Shown one piece after another: positions 15,788-24,704 of a DNA stretch of 32,000 bases (position 1 is the stretch's first letter; the number at the start of each line of letters is the position of its first letter). This stretch comes from an uncultured Acidobacteriota bacterium. Its GTDB lineage: Bacteria > Acidobacteriota > Terriglobia > Terriglobales > Acidobacteriaceae. Both the position numbers and the translations under genes were made by a program. The notes below the pieces were generated by a model. It worked only from the letters and a program-made list of their open reading frames with translations, was not told the origin of the DNA and did no database searches. Where the stretch lies: NCBI GenBank assembly GCA_963718505.1, contig CAVQZP010000007.1:113507-145506 (forward strand), in the 5' to 3' direction.

Positions 15788-16687
15788 ATGCGCACCGTCT
15801 TCGACTGGAACATCGGATCGCGTTCCCTCGCTCTCGGCAAGCGTACCCTGGTGATGGGCGTCCTCAATGTCACTCCCGATTCCTTCTCCGACGGCGGCCA
15901 GTTCCTCGATCCCGAAAAAGCCCTTGAACACGCTCTCCGCATGCTCGACGACGGCGCCGACATCATCGACGTCGGCGGCGAATCCACCCGGCCCGGTGCC
16001 CGCGTCAACCCCGCCGGTTCGTCCAAGGCTCCCGAACCCGCCAAGCCCGTCACCGAGAAAGAAGAGCGCGAGCGGGTCCTCCCGGTGATCACCAAGCTGA
16101 AACAGAGCCGCCCCAACGTCGTGATCTCGATCGACACCTACAAAGCGGCCGTGGCGCGCGCGGCCGTCGAAGCCGGCGCGGAAATCGTTAACGACATCAG
16201 CGCCTTCCGCTGGGATCCGAAGATGGCCAAGACCGTCGCCGAACTCAAATGCGGCGCCGTGCTCATGCACATGCGCGGACGCCCCGAAGAATGGCGTAAG
16301 CTCACTCCCGTCGCCGACATCGTCGTCCTCGCCAAGCGCGAACTGCGCGACTGGGCCGACGCCGCCACCATGGCCGGGGTGAAGCGCGAGCGCATCGGCG
16401 TCGATCCCGGCTTCGGCTTCGGCAAGAATTTTGAGGACAACTACCCGCTCCTGCGCCGCCTCGACGAGTTCCACCAGCTTCGCTACCCCTTGCTCGCCGG
16501 CGTTTCGCGCAAATCCTTCATCGGAAGAATGCTGAAACGTGACGGCAAAGACGCTGACATCCCTAACCGCATCTACGGCACTGTCGCCGCCGAAACCGTC
16601 GCCATCCTGAAAGGCGTGCACATCATTCGCACGCACGACGTCCGCGCATGCGTCGACGCGGCCCGTATTGCCGACGTGGTCGCCTGA
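15788..16687 (+). CDS. folP: Dihydropteroate synthase (FolP)
   Basis: VMGVLNVTPDSFSDGG, DIIDVGGESTRPGA, SIDTYKA..A..A...GA.IVNDIS and AGVSRKSFIG are canonical pterin-binding DHPS motifs. Confidence 0.9.
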   Translation: MRTVFDWNIGSRSLALGKRTLVMGVLNVTPDSFSDGGQFLDPEKALEHALRMLDDGADIIDVGGESTRPGARVNPAGSSKAPEPAKPVTEKEERERVLPVITKLKQSRPNVVISIDTYKAAVARAAVEAGAEIVNDISAFRWDPKMAKTVAELKCGAVLMHMRGRPEEWRKLTPVADIVVLAKRELRDWADAATMAGVKRERIGVDPGFGFGKNFEDNYPLLRRLDEFHQLRYPLLAGVSRKSFIGRMLKRDGKDADIPNRIYGTVAAETVAILKGVHIIRTHDVRACVDAARIADVVA

Positions 16688-16746
16688 ACATCCACTGTTG
16701 GCGCAGACTCCTCTGCGCGAAAAGGCCTGCTTGTTGGTATGGAAGT

Positions 16747-17100
16747 TGAGCGAAGCGAGGCACGGACCACGTCGGGGCGGACGCCTCGCCTGTTCGGCGG
16801 CGATGCCGCTCGAGTAGCCGATGTCTTTGCCTGAGCTGTCATCCTGAGCGAAGTGAGGCGATAGCCGAACGCAGTCGAAGGACCCCTTGTTTGTCGACAT
16901 GACCACCAGCGAAGCGAGGCATCCTCTTGTGGCGAGCGCACTCCCCTGTGCGAAAACGTCAACGTCTGTTAGGTGGCAGCCGCTGACCGAAGCGAGGCAA
17001 CGACCACGTGGGGACAGCCGCCCTCGGCTGTCCGGCGGAGCGAAGCTCCGCTGTAGCGCCGGCGTCTCGCCGGCTGTCGCGAGGGCATCCTGCCCTCGCC
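16747..17100. repeat. Nest of interspersed repeats downstream of folP: three GCGAAGCGAGGCA-led units, one R1 copy, one full and one degenerate R2 copy, and two extra GC hairpins
   Basis: GCGAAGCGAGGCA-led units are at 16750-16762, 16909-16921 and 16988-16999. R1 is at 16838-16885. R2 is at 17004-17052, with a degenerate copy at 16766-16815. Extra hairpins: GCCGGCG-TCTC-GCCGGC (about 17058-17074) and GCGAGGGCA-TCC-TGCCCTCGC (17079-17099). Confidence 0.75.
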
Positions 17101-17187
17101 GCATCCAACAAAATTCACGCATCGCCTCTGCCTGCGTATTCATCTATCGCTCGGGCCGACCGCTGATAATTTCCTGACACGCAAAAC

Positions 17188-18579
17188 ATGGACGCTCTTC
17201 TCAAACTCACCGACAATCCGCGCATAACCATCCGCCGCGCTGGACCCCCCGACCCCGACGGTTCCTGCGTGGTTTACTGGATGCAGCGCGCTCAACGCGG
17301 CCGCGACAACCCGGCCCTCGATGTCGCCGTCGATGCTGCCAACGCTCTCGGCAAGCCCGTCGTCGTCTTTTTCGCTCCACGCCCGTTTCCTCCGGCCAAT
17401 CTTCGCCACTATGCATTCCTCGCGCAAGGCATCCCCGACATCGCCGACGCCCTCGAAAAACGCTCCATCGGACTCGTCCTCCGCCGGTTCCCCAACCACA
17501 GCCTCCCCAAATTCTGCGACGAAGTGAAGCCCGCCCTCGTCATCGGCGACGAGAATCCCATCCGCCAGGCCGAAGGCTGGCGGGTTACCGTCGCGAAGAA
17601 ACTCAAACTCCCGCTTTGGACCGTCGACGCCGACGTGATCGTCCCCTCGAAGCTCCTCGAAAAAGAACAGTACGCGGCTCACGTGATTCGCCCGCGCCTT
17701 CAGGACCGGCTCAAAGACTTCCTTGTCGCCCCCGCCAACCCGAAAGCCAAAGTTCCCTGGAGCAAACCACGTAGCCTCAAATCGCTGTCTGCCGCCGCAA
17801 TCAATCTCGACACCCTCACCGACGGCTGGAAGATCGATCGCTCGGTGCAGCCCGTCTCCGCCTGGCGCGGCGGTCTTACCGAAGCTCACCGCCTTCTCAA
17901 AGATTTCGTCCGCCACAAGCTCGAGCGCTACACGCGCGATCGCAACCACCCCGAAACCGAAGGCACCACTCGTCTCTCGCCCTACCTGCACTTCGGACAC
18001 ATCTGCCCGCACACCATCGCGCTCGCCGTCCAAAACGCCGACGCCCCCGCCGTCGCGAAAGAAGCCTTTCTGAACCAACTCATCACCTGGCGTGAACTCT
18101 CGATCAACCTCGTCCACTTCAATCCCAACTACGACACCTTCGAGTGCGGGGAGTCGTGGGCGCATCGCACGCTGGCCAAGCACGCGAAAGACCCGCGCCC
18201 CGTGATCTACTCCGAGCAGCAACTGGAAAACGCCGAGACGCACGATCCGCTCTGGAATGCCGCGCAAATGCAGATGGTCTCGACCGGATGGATGCACAAC
18301 TACCTGCGCATGTACTGGGCCAAGAAAATTCTCGAGTGGACACCGTCGCCCACGCACGCCCACCAGATCGCCGTCCGCCTCAACGACAAGTACGAACTCG
18401 ACGGCCGCGATCCCAACGGATACTCCGGCATCGCCTGGTCCATCGTCGGCAAGTTCGATCGCCCGTGGTTCGAGCGCCCCATCTTCGGCCAGATCCGCTA
18501 CATGTCTGGCGCCAGCACCGGCAAGAAATTCGACAGCAAGAAATACATCGCGCAGAACACGCAGGTGGAATTGTTTTGA
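17188..18579 (+). CDS. phr: Deoxyribodipyrimidine photolyase, class II CPD photolyase
   Basis: VVYWMQRAQRGRDNPALDVAV at the N-terminus and HNYLRMYWAKKILEWT...LNDKYELDGRDPNGYSGIAWSI.GKFDRPW.ERPIFGQIRYM at the C-terminus are class II signatures. Confidence 0.9.
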   Translation: MDALLKLTDNPRITIRRAGPPDPDGSCVVYWMQRAQRGRDNPALDVAVDAANALGKPVVVFFAPRPFPPANLRHYAFLAQGIPDIADALEKRSIGLVLRRFPNHSLPKFCDEVKPALVIGDENPIRQAEGWRVTVAKKLKLPLWTVDADVIVPSKLLEKEQYAAHVIRPRLQDRLKDFLVAPANPKAKVPWSKPRSLKSLSAAAINLDTLTDGWKIDRSVQPVSAWRGGLTEAHRLLKDFVRHKLERYTRDRNHPETEGTTRLSPYLHFGHICPHTIALAVQNADAPAVAKEAFLNQLITWRELSINLVHFNPNYDTFECGESWAHRTLAKHAKDPRPVIYSEQQLENAETHDPLWNAAQMQMVSTGWMHNYLRMYWAKKILEWTPSPTHAHQIAVRLNDKYELDGRDPNGYSGIAWSIVGKFDRPWFERPIFGQIRYMSGASTGKKFDSKKYIAQNTQVELF

Positions 18580-18726
18580 AGGGTCTGATGTCGAATGACA
18601 TCGCGCAAAGGCAAGATCCAGCTGGAAAGGCGTGCTCCTCCTTGGTCCGTCTGCGAAACTGCGCTGGCATTTTACGAACGCCCATCTCTTCCGATCCCAC
18701 CGCACCCATGTGTGAACTGGTATCTT

Positions 18727-19224
18727 ATGTCACGAACGTTTTCTTACTTCGAACAGAAAGCCGCCCTCATGCTGATCAACGAAATTCCCGACAAAGAGTG
18801 CCGTGAAATTCTCGCCCGCGCCACTGTGGGCCGGCTGGCCTGCTCGCACCAGGACCAGCCCTATGTCATCCCGACCTATCTCGCTTATGACGACGGCTGG
18901 ATCTACCTCTTCGCCACCTTCGGGAAGAAGATCGAGTGGATGCGCGAGAACCCAAAGGTCTGTGTGGAGATCGAGGAGGTCGCCGCAAACTCGCAGTGGG
19001 TGAGCGTCATCGCGAATGGCCGCTACGAAGAGTTGCCCGAGCCGCAGTTTACCCAAGAGCGCGCCCACGCCCGCAAGCTTCTGGAAAAGCGCCACCACTG
19101 GTGGCTCAACGCGATGGCCGAGCGCCGCATGGCGATACCCGACCAGGCCGTCGAGCCCATCTTCTTCCGCATTCACGTCGATTCGGTCACGGGCCTGCGC
19201 GGCGAGACCACCGGCGGAGCCTGA
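18727..19224 (+). CDS. Pyridoxamine 5'-phosphate oxidase-like FMN-binding family protein (start 18727 or 18769)
   Basis: ECREILARATVGRLACSHQDQPYVIPTYLAYDDGWIYLFATFGKKIEWMRENPKVCVEIEEV matches the split-barrel PNPOx-like (Pyridox_ox_2 type) pattern. The track ORF 18595 is trimmed. Confidence 0.7.
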   Translation: MSRTFSYFEQKAALMLINEIPDKECREILARATVGRLACSHQDQPYVIPTYLAYDDGWIYLFATFGKKIEWMRENPKVCVEIEEVAANSQWVSVIANGRYEELPEPQFTQERAHARKLLEKRHHWWLNAMAERRMAIPDQAVEPIFFRIHVDSVTGLRGETTGGA

Positions 19225-19304
19225 TGCATCGCCGGAGCCTGACCTACCGACCGCGACACGATAGACCCGAGAACTCGACCGAGCCCTGCAGCGGTGCCCG
19301 ATCG

Positions 19305-19365
19305 TAGCCCAGCACTTCAGCGCTGGAAGCAGGGTCCGAAAAGAATAGTCCCGTAGGGACGACCC
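19305..19365. repeat. R3 repeat: TAGCCCAGCACTTCAGCGCTGG....GAAAAG...TCCCGTAGGGACGACCC
   Basis: Aligns by eye with 21969-22035 at the hairpin, the GAAAAG block and the CCCGTAGGSACGACCC tail. Confidence 0.75.
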
Positions 19366-19474
19366 AAACGAACGCCTGCACCGAAGACGATCGTGACGGA
19401 TCGAAAGAAGCGGGGCCTGTGCATCACACGACCACGCGCGATTCGGGGGGCGCATCAGGGCGCGGCCAGGTGCC

Positions 19475-19511
19475 CCACCTTCGTTTCGCGTTCTTTGCGA
19501 AACTAAGGTGG
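19475..19511. repeat. Long imperfect hairpin CCACCTT-C-GTTTCGC-GTTCTTT-GCGAAAC-T-AAGGTGG, 30 nt downstream of the dtd stop
   Basis: Two 7-bp stem segments read directly from the sequence. No flanking T-run. Resembles repeat-type hairpins rather than a terminator. Confidence 0.5.
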
Positions 19512-19540
19512 GATTTAAACGGACCCGAAACCCACAATGC

Positions 19541-19990
19541 CTAAAAACTTTTCCCCGAATCCATCAAAATCGTGACCGGCCCGTCATTCACCAACTCCAC
19601 GTCCATCATTTCCTGAAAGCGTCCCGTCTCGCAGCGCACTCCCGCAGCGCGAATACGGCCTACGAAGTATTCATACAATGCCCGCGCCGTCTCCGGCTTC
19701 GCCGCCTCATCGAACGACGGCCGCTTCCCCTTCCGCACATCCCCATAGAGCGTGAACTGCGACACCGCCAAGACCGCACCGCCCACGTCCGTCACCGACA
19801 AGTTCATCTTGCCGTCGCCATCTTCAAACACGCGCAGCCCCGCGGTCTTCGCCGCCAGATACTCCGCAGCCGCTTCGTCATCGCCCCGCCCGACGCCCAG
19901 CAGGACCAACAGTCCGGTGCCAATCTCCCCGGTGGTCTCGCCATTCACCGTCACCTTCGCCCGCTTCACTCGCTGGATCACCGCGCGCAT
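19541..19990 (-). CDS. dtd: D-aminoacyl-tRNA deacylase (Dtd)
   Basis: [29 protein letters not shown]...D...EYLA.K....R.F.D..GKMN.SV.D.GG.VL.VSQFTL.GD..KG.RPSF is the canonical Dtd sequence at 149 aa. Confidence 0.9.
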   Translation of the reverse strand: MRAVIQRVKRAKVTVNGETTGEIGTGLLVLLGVGRGDDEAAAEYLAAKTAGLRVFEDGDGKMNLSVTDVGGAVLAVSQFTLYGDVRKGKRPSFDEAAKPETARALYEYFVGRIRAAGVRCETGRFQEMMDVELVNDGPVTILMDSGKSF

Positions 19991-20095
19991 GCGTCTGACT
20001 CTCCAATCTCGTCGATCATTGTCATCGCTCGCATTGACCTCAATCTGGCTGACGCCTAAAACCGCTCGTCACTCCGACACCCTGGAGATCCCCGA

Positions 20096-20656
20096 ATGCA
20101 TCGTGTCGCGACCCGATGGATTCCGCTCTCGCTTCCCATTCTTCTGCTCGCACATCTACCATCCGGTCAGCAGTCTTCCTCTGACGCACGCAACGATGTT
20201 GTCATCACCAACGCCTACGTCATGACCATCAGCCACGGTAACCTGAAAAAAGGCAGCGTCTATATCAAGGACGGAAAAATCGCGGCCTTCGGCGAGACCG
20301 TCAACGCGCCCGCCTCCGCCGTCGACGCAGGCGGCAAATACCTCACCCCCGGCATCATCGACTCCCACTCCCACATCGCCCTCGACGACGACGTCAACGA
20401 AGCCACCAGCCCCGTCACCCCGCAAATGATGATGCTCGGCGCCTTCGACTACCAGGACAAGGCCATCTACCGCGCCCTTGCCGGCGGTGTCACCACTTCG
20501 CTCATCCTTCACGGCTCCGCCAACATGATCGGCGGCCAGGCCATTGTCATCAAGCACAAGTATGGCCTCAACCGCGACGCCATGCTCTTTCCCGGCGCGC
20601 CGCGCTCCATCAAGTTTGCCAGCGGCGAGAATCCCAAGCGCGTCTACGGCATATAA
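20096..20656 (+). pseudogene. N-terminal fragment (186 codons) of a metal-dependent amidohydrolase; the C-terminal half or more is missing
   Basis: Signal-like N-terminus, then VITNAYVMT...IKDGKIAAFG...GKYLTPGIIDSHSHIAL (HxH metal motif)...GGVTTSLILHGSANMIGGQ..VIKHK...IKFASGENPKRVYGI followed by a stop. From memory, relatives of this family are about 420-470 aa. None of the three forward frames of 20657-20928 continues the fold. Confidence 0.6.
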
Positions 20657-20736
20657 TTGGCGCCACGGGTGCTGACCTCTAGGAGATCGGGCCAGATCAA
20701 TTCGCAGAACTGCTAAGCACTCGGCGGCAGCCGGGG

Positions 20737-20754
20737 GTATCGCGCTCGCGATAC
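20737..20754. promoter_or_regulatory. Perfect 18-bp palindrome GTATCGCG-CT-CGCGATAC, about 175 bp upstream of the hydrolase gene (possible operator)
   Basis: 8-bp arms are exact reverse complements, read directly from the sequence. Confidence 0.3.
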
Positions 20755-20892
20755 AGCGGCCCGCGAGCATTTCGGGCATCAAGGTCTTGCTCGTAATGGA
20801 AGGCCATCGGCCAAATCAGAACATTTGCACCAAGAGGGTGCCTGGGTCTGCGTGCCTCTGACGGCGTCCTATGCGCGCAGGCTATCTATGAA

Positions 20893-20906
20893 CCGGAGAT
20901 CTCCGG
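20893..20906. promoter_or_regulatory. Perfect 14-bp palindrome CCGGAGATCTCCGG, 22 nt upstream of the hydrolase ATG (operator or 5'-UTR hairpin)
   Basis: Read directly from the sequence. The SD GGAG follows it at about 20917. Confidence 0.3.
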
Positions 20907-20928
20907 ATCTCAACTTGGAGAAAATCTC

Positions 20929-21774
20929 ATGAACACGATTACCGGCAAAGACGGCACGACTATTTATTACAAAGACTGGGGCAAAGGGCAACCCATAGTG
21001 TTCAGCCACGGCTGGCCCCTCACAGCGGACGACTGGGACTCACAAATGATGTTCTTCGGTCAACGGGGGTACCGAGTTATCGCGCATGACCGGCGGGGCC
21101 ACGGGCGGTCTGCCCAGACGTGGAACGGCAATGAAATGGACACGTATGCTGACGATCTCGCTGCTTTGACTGAAAAGCTCGATCTGAAGAATGCCATCCA
21201 TGTGGGCCACTCCACCGGTGGCGGCGAGGTTGCCCGATATATCGGGAGGCATGGCACGAAACGTGTCTCCATGGCCGTGCTGATCAGCGCGGTGCCGCCG
21301 CTCATGGTGAAGACAGACAAGAATCCTGCGGGCGCGCCGATTGAGGTGTTCGACGGACTGCGCGCCCAATATACGAAAAATCGACCACAGTTTTACAAAG
21401 ACATCACGCTTCCGTTCTATGGCTATAACCGGCCGGGCGCTCAGATATCTGAAGGCATCCGGGAGAAGTGGTGGCTCCAAGCGATGATGGGCGGGGTCAA
21501 GGCGGGCTACGATTGCATCAAGGCATTCTCCGAGACGGACTTCACCGAGGATCTAAAGAAGTTCGACGTGCCAACTCTTATTCTTCATGGTGACGATGAC
21601 CAGATTGTTCCTATCGGCGCGGCGGCTCTCCAGTCCGCGAAGCTTGTGAAGGGTGCGATGCTTAAAGTGTATCCGGGTTTCCCGCACGGAATGCCCACAA
21701 CCCATGCAGATCAGATCAACGCTGACCTTCTGGAGTTCTTAGGCAAAGCGCAGAAAAGCTCCACGGCGGCCTGA
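20929..21774 (+). CDS. Alpha/beta hydrolase, non-heme haloperoxidase / arylesterase family
   Basis: [35 protein letters not shown]...[15 protein letters not shown], the nucleophile elbow [10 protein letters not shown], the acid HGDDDQIVP and the histidine PHGM. Lower GC (26-30 of 60 on two sample lines). Confidence 0.85.
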   Translation: MNTITGKDGTTIYYKDWGKGQPIVFSHGWPLTADDWDSQMMFFGQRGYRVIAHDRRGHGRSAQTWNGNEMDTYADDLAALTEKLDLKNAIHVGHSTGGGEVARYIGRHGTKRVSMAVLISAVPPLMVKTDKNPAGAPIEVFDGLRAQYTKNRPQFYKDITLPFYGYNRPGAQISEGIREKWWLQAMMGGVKAGYDCIKAFSETDFTEDLKKFDVPTLILHGDDDQIVPIGAAALQSAKLVKGAMLKVYPGFPHGMPTTHADQINADLLEFLGKAQKSSTAA

Positions 21775-21968
21775 CTCACGCGGCGCAGGCGGCAGATCGT
21801 CAGATAGGTAAGGGTCTGCCGCTGCGTCAGTCACCTTAAGACTGATCACATATTCAGCCTCTTGCTACCTCATGTTTGCGCCTTGTCGCGTTGACCCTTT
21901 TCTACGCCGACAGTTAGGATGCTTGAGGTTTGCAACGGGTGAAATCGCCTCGTACGGGCGTCCGATCT

Positions 21969-22035
21969 TAGCCCAGCGCTTCAGCGCTGGGGAACGAAAA
22001 GGAAAAAAGAGACCCAAATCCCGTAGGCACGACCC
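21969..22035. repeat. R3 repeat: TTAGCCCAGCGC-TTCA-GCGCTGGGGAACGAAAAGG....CCCGTAGGCACGACCC
   Basis: See the copies at 10738-10803 and 19305-19365. Confidence 0.75.
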
Positions 22036-22395
22036 GAAATCATGGGCAAGCACATTCGAGGCGATTGAGGTCGTGTATCAACCAAAGCGCAACTGGTATT
22101 TCGGCCGACCAAAACAATCTCGCTTCGTGTCACGCCGCGCCTTCAGGCACGCCGTAACGAACTCTGCTGCACCGCGCTTTTTCTCGCGGTCCGAGCTGGC
22201 CTTCCTTTACACAAATTCGCCCGGACTATTACACTAATCGTTTCGCAATCAAACATTTGTTGACATAGAACGCTCCCTGAGCAACAAAGGACAAAGCCGA
22301 ATCATCCGTAGCCGCAATTTGTCATAAAAACTCGCAGTCAGACTTTCAGAATCAAATCCGAAATTCGCGCACCGCGCGCCCACAGAGGAGAACTA

Positions 22396-22641
22396 ATGGC
22401 AGCCGTTGACGAAAAAGTGAAACAGATCATTGTCGAGCAGCTCGGCGTGGACGAAGGCGAAGTCACTAACAATGCGTCGTTCGTGGACGACCTGGGCGCC
22501 GACTCGCTCGACACCGTCGAGCTCGTGATGGCCTTCGAAGAAGCCTTCGACATCGAGATTCCCGACGAGGACGCGGAAAAAATCCGCACCGTGCAGGATG
22601 CCATCGACTACATCGGCAAGCACGCGAAAGGCGGGAAGTAA
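22396..22641 (+). CDS. acpP: Acyl carrier protein
   Basis: [57 protein letters not shown] carries the DSLD phosphopantetheine site. Strong SD AGAGGAG. Confidence 0.95.
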   Translation: MAAVDEKVKQIIVEQLGVDEGEVTNNASFVDDLGADSLDTVELVMAFEEAFDIEIPDEDAEKIRTVQDAIDYIGKHAKGGK

Positions 22642-22643
22642 GT

Positions 22644-23879
22644 TTGACAAGACGGGTCGTCGTTACCGGCATTGGACTCATCTGCGGGGTGGGCAACACC
22701 ACCGATGAAGTCTGGAAGAACCTGCTGGCAGGCAAGAGTGGCGTCGGGAAGATCACGCAGTTCGACGCCTCCAGCCACGCCTGCCAGATTGCCGCTGAGG
22801 TCAAGAACTTCGACCCGTTGAACTTCGTTGAAAAAAAAGAAGTGAAGAAGATGGGCCGTTTCATCTACTTCGCGCTCGCCGCGTCCGATGAAGCGATGAA
22901 GATGAGCGGTTTGAAAGTCACGCCGGAAATTGCGGAATGCGTGGGCGTTCACATCGGATCCGGCATCGGCGGGTTCGATGTGATCGAACGCGAACACCGG
23001 GCCCTGCTGGAAGGCGGCCCTCGTAAAGTCTCTCCTTTCTTTATTCCTGCGGCGATCGTCAATCTTGCTGCCGGACATGTCTCCATGCGTTTCGGAGCCA
23101 AGGGGCCGAACGAAGCCACTGCCACGGCCTGCACCACCAGCGCTCACTCCATCGGGGACTCGTTGAAGATCATTCAACGCGGCGATGCCGACGTCATGAT
23201 TGCCGGGGGCTCCGAAGCTGCAATTACGCCATTGGGCGTTGGCGGGTTCGCGGCGATGCGCGCACTTTCTACCCGCAACGACGAGCCCGAAAAGGCCAGC
23301 CGTCCCTGGGATTCGGCGCGCGACGGTTTCGTCATGGGCGAGGGCGCGGGGATCCTTATCCTCGAAGATCTCGAGTTCGCCGAACGCCGGGGAGCTCCCA
23401 TCATCGCCGAGCTCGTCGGCTACGGCATGAGCGGCGACGCCTACCACATCACGCAGCCCGCCCCCGAGCACGAAGGTGGCTTCCGCGTGATGAAGAATGC
23501 ACTGCATGACGCCAAGCTGAATCCCGCGGACATCGGCTACGTCAACGCTCACGGCACCTCTACCCCCATCGGCGACGTCCTCGAAGCGCATGCGATCAGG
23601 AACTTCTTCGGCGATAAGAAAGTCGCCGTCAGTTCCACCAAGTCCATGACGGGGCACCTCCTCGGGGGCGCCGGGGGGCTCGAAGCCGGCGTCTCCGTGC
23701 TCGCCCTGCGCGATCAGATCCTGCCTCCGACCATCAACCTCGAGAATCAGGATCCCGACACCAAAGAAATGGACTTCGTGCCCAACCACGCGCGCAAAGC
23801 GAGCCTCGACTATGCGCTGTCCAATTCCTTCGGCTTCGGTGGCACGAACGGCGCTCTTGTCTTCAAGCGCTGGTCGTAA
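22644..23879 (+). CDS. fabF: 3-oxoacyl-ACP synthase II (FabF)
   Basis: RRVVVTGIG, the active-site ATACTTSAHSIG, VNAHGTSTP, and KSMTGHLLGGAGG...NSFGFGGTN. TTG start 2 nt after the acpP stop. Confidence 0.95.
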   Translation: MTRRVVVTGIGLICGVGNTTDEVWKNLLAGKSGVGKITQFDASSHACQIAAEVKNFDPLNFVEKKEVKKMGRFIYFALAASDEAMKMSGLKVTPEIAECVGVHIGSGIGGFDVIEREHRALLEGGPRKVSPFFIPAAIVNLAAGHVSMRFGAKGPNEATATACTTSAHSIGDSLKIIQRGDADVMIAGGSEAAITPLGVGGFAAMRALSTRNDEPEKASRPWDSARDGFVMGEGAGILILEDLEFAERRGAPIIAELVGYGMSGDAYHITQPAPEHEGGFRVMKNALHDAKLNPADIGYVNAHGTSTPIGDVLEAHAIRNFFGDKKVAVSSTKSMTGHLLGGAGGLEAGVSVLALRDQILPPTINLENQDPDTKEMDFVPNHARKASLDYALSNSFGFGGTNGALVFKRWS

Positions 23880-24074
23880 GTCCCACCTTGCTCCCGCGAC
23901 GCATCGGCGCACGCTCGGATTCTCGCCGACTGCCGCCGTTGCCTTCGACCCTGTATGCTTTCAACGGGGCTCAAGGCTCACGGTCCAAGGGTTCTTGGAA
24001 AGACGATTGAACCGACCACCCGCGCAGTCGACCGCCGGTTGTCCGCCTTCCACGTGCATCTGAGGAGTAGCGAC

Positions 24075-24446
24075 GTGGCACGTTCCATGATGTGGAAAAT
24101 CGGCTTCGACGCTCGTAAGTGGGCGTGCTCCGATTGCGGATGGAACTATCCTGTGCCGTCTCTTCTTTCCGATCCTGAAGCACTCAGCGCCTTCGACCGC
24201 CTCGCTCGGAACAAATTCCTCGCGCACGCTTGTGCGGATCACCCGGCGCAAACTTCGCCCGTGCAAAGCGAAAGTCCCACCGAGCGCATGCGCGGACTCG
24301 TTCGCCGCGGCTACAAGCCCAAGGACGCTGCTCAAATTGTCGTTCAGGAAATCTCCCTCGAGCACGGACCCGGTACGAAGCAAGCCCGTCAGGCCGAAGA
24401 GGAAGCGGGCGAATTCCTTCGCCGCGTCCGCGACGGAATCATCTGA
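24075..24446 (+). CDS. Hypothetical protein (123 aa) with a CxxC...H...C..H cluster
   Basis: GTG 24075 lies 7 nt after GAGGAG. The sequence is WACSDCGWNYP...FLAHACADH followed by a charged C-terminus. No family recognised. Confidence 0.45.
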   Translation: MARSMMWKIGFDARKWACSDCGWNYPVPSLLSDPEALSAFDRLARNKFLAHACADHPAQTSPVQSESPTERMRGLVRRGYKPKDAAQIVVQEISLEHGPGTKQARQAEEEAGEFLRRVRDGII

Positions 24447-24524
24447 AGCTATTCGGCGAATACTCTGCCGACATGCGACGGAAAGGTCGGCCCTGTCGGT
24501 TTTACTGTAACCATTAATAATGCT

Positions 24525-24595
24525 GTCATCCTGAGCAACCGAGGCGCAAGCCGAGCGCGTCGAAGCCTGCCCTGAGCGAAGTCGAAGGGGACCCC
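24525..24595. repeat. R1 repeat, long form GTCATCCTGAGCAACCGAGGCGCAAGCCGAGCGCGTCGAAGCCTGCCCTGAGCGAAGTCGAAGGGGACCCC
   Basis: Near-colinear with 29497-29570. The core is shared with 5065-5089 and 16838-16885. Confidence 0.8.
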
Positions 24596-24704
24596 ATGGC
24601 GACCGGGACTACATGGCCGTTGACCGATTTTCTACTCCGGATTTTAAGGTTTCAACCGCAAATCGGTTTCCTCTTGGTGTACCGAAATCGCGATAAAATT
24701 CCCC

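Noticed and set aside
16701-16718. Intrinsic terminator after folP
   Set aside because: The stem-loop is perfect, but it is followed by GAAAAGG rather than a T-run. I kept it only as part of the repeat-nest description.
15587-18705. Two very long minus-strand ORFs (15587-17143, 518 aa; 17140-18705, 521 aa)
   Set aside because: They are antisense to folP and the photolyase gene and cross the repeat nest. Their translations are low-complexity (G/A/R/D/V-rich) with no motifs. These are the shadow ORFs expected in about 65% GC DNA.
20657-20928. Remnant of the missing amidohydrolase C-terminus, or a regulator gene
   Set aside because: I translated all three forward frames and the reverse 36-codon ORF ([26 protein letters not shown]...). 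None resembles the amidohydrolase fold or a DNA-binding domain.
22608-23912. 434-aa minus-strand ORF
   Set aside because: It is exactly antisense to fabF, whose identity is unambiguous. No recognisable domain.
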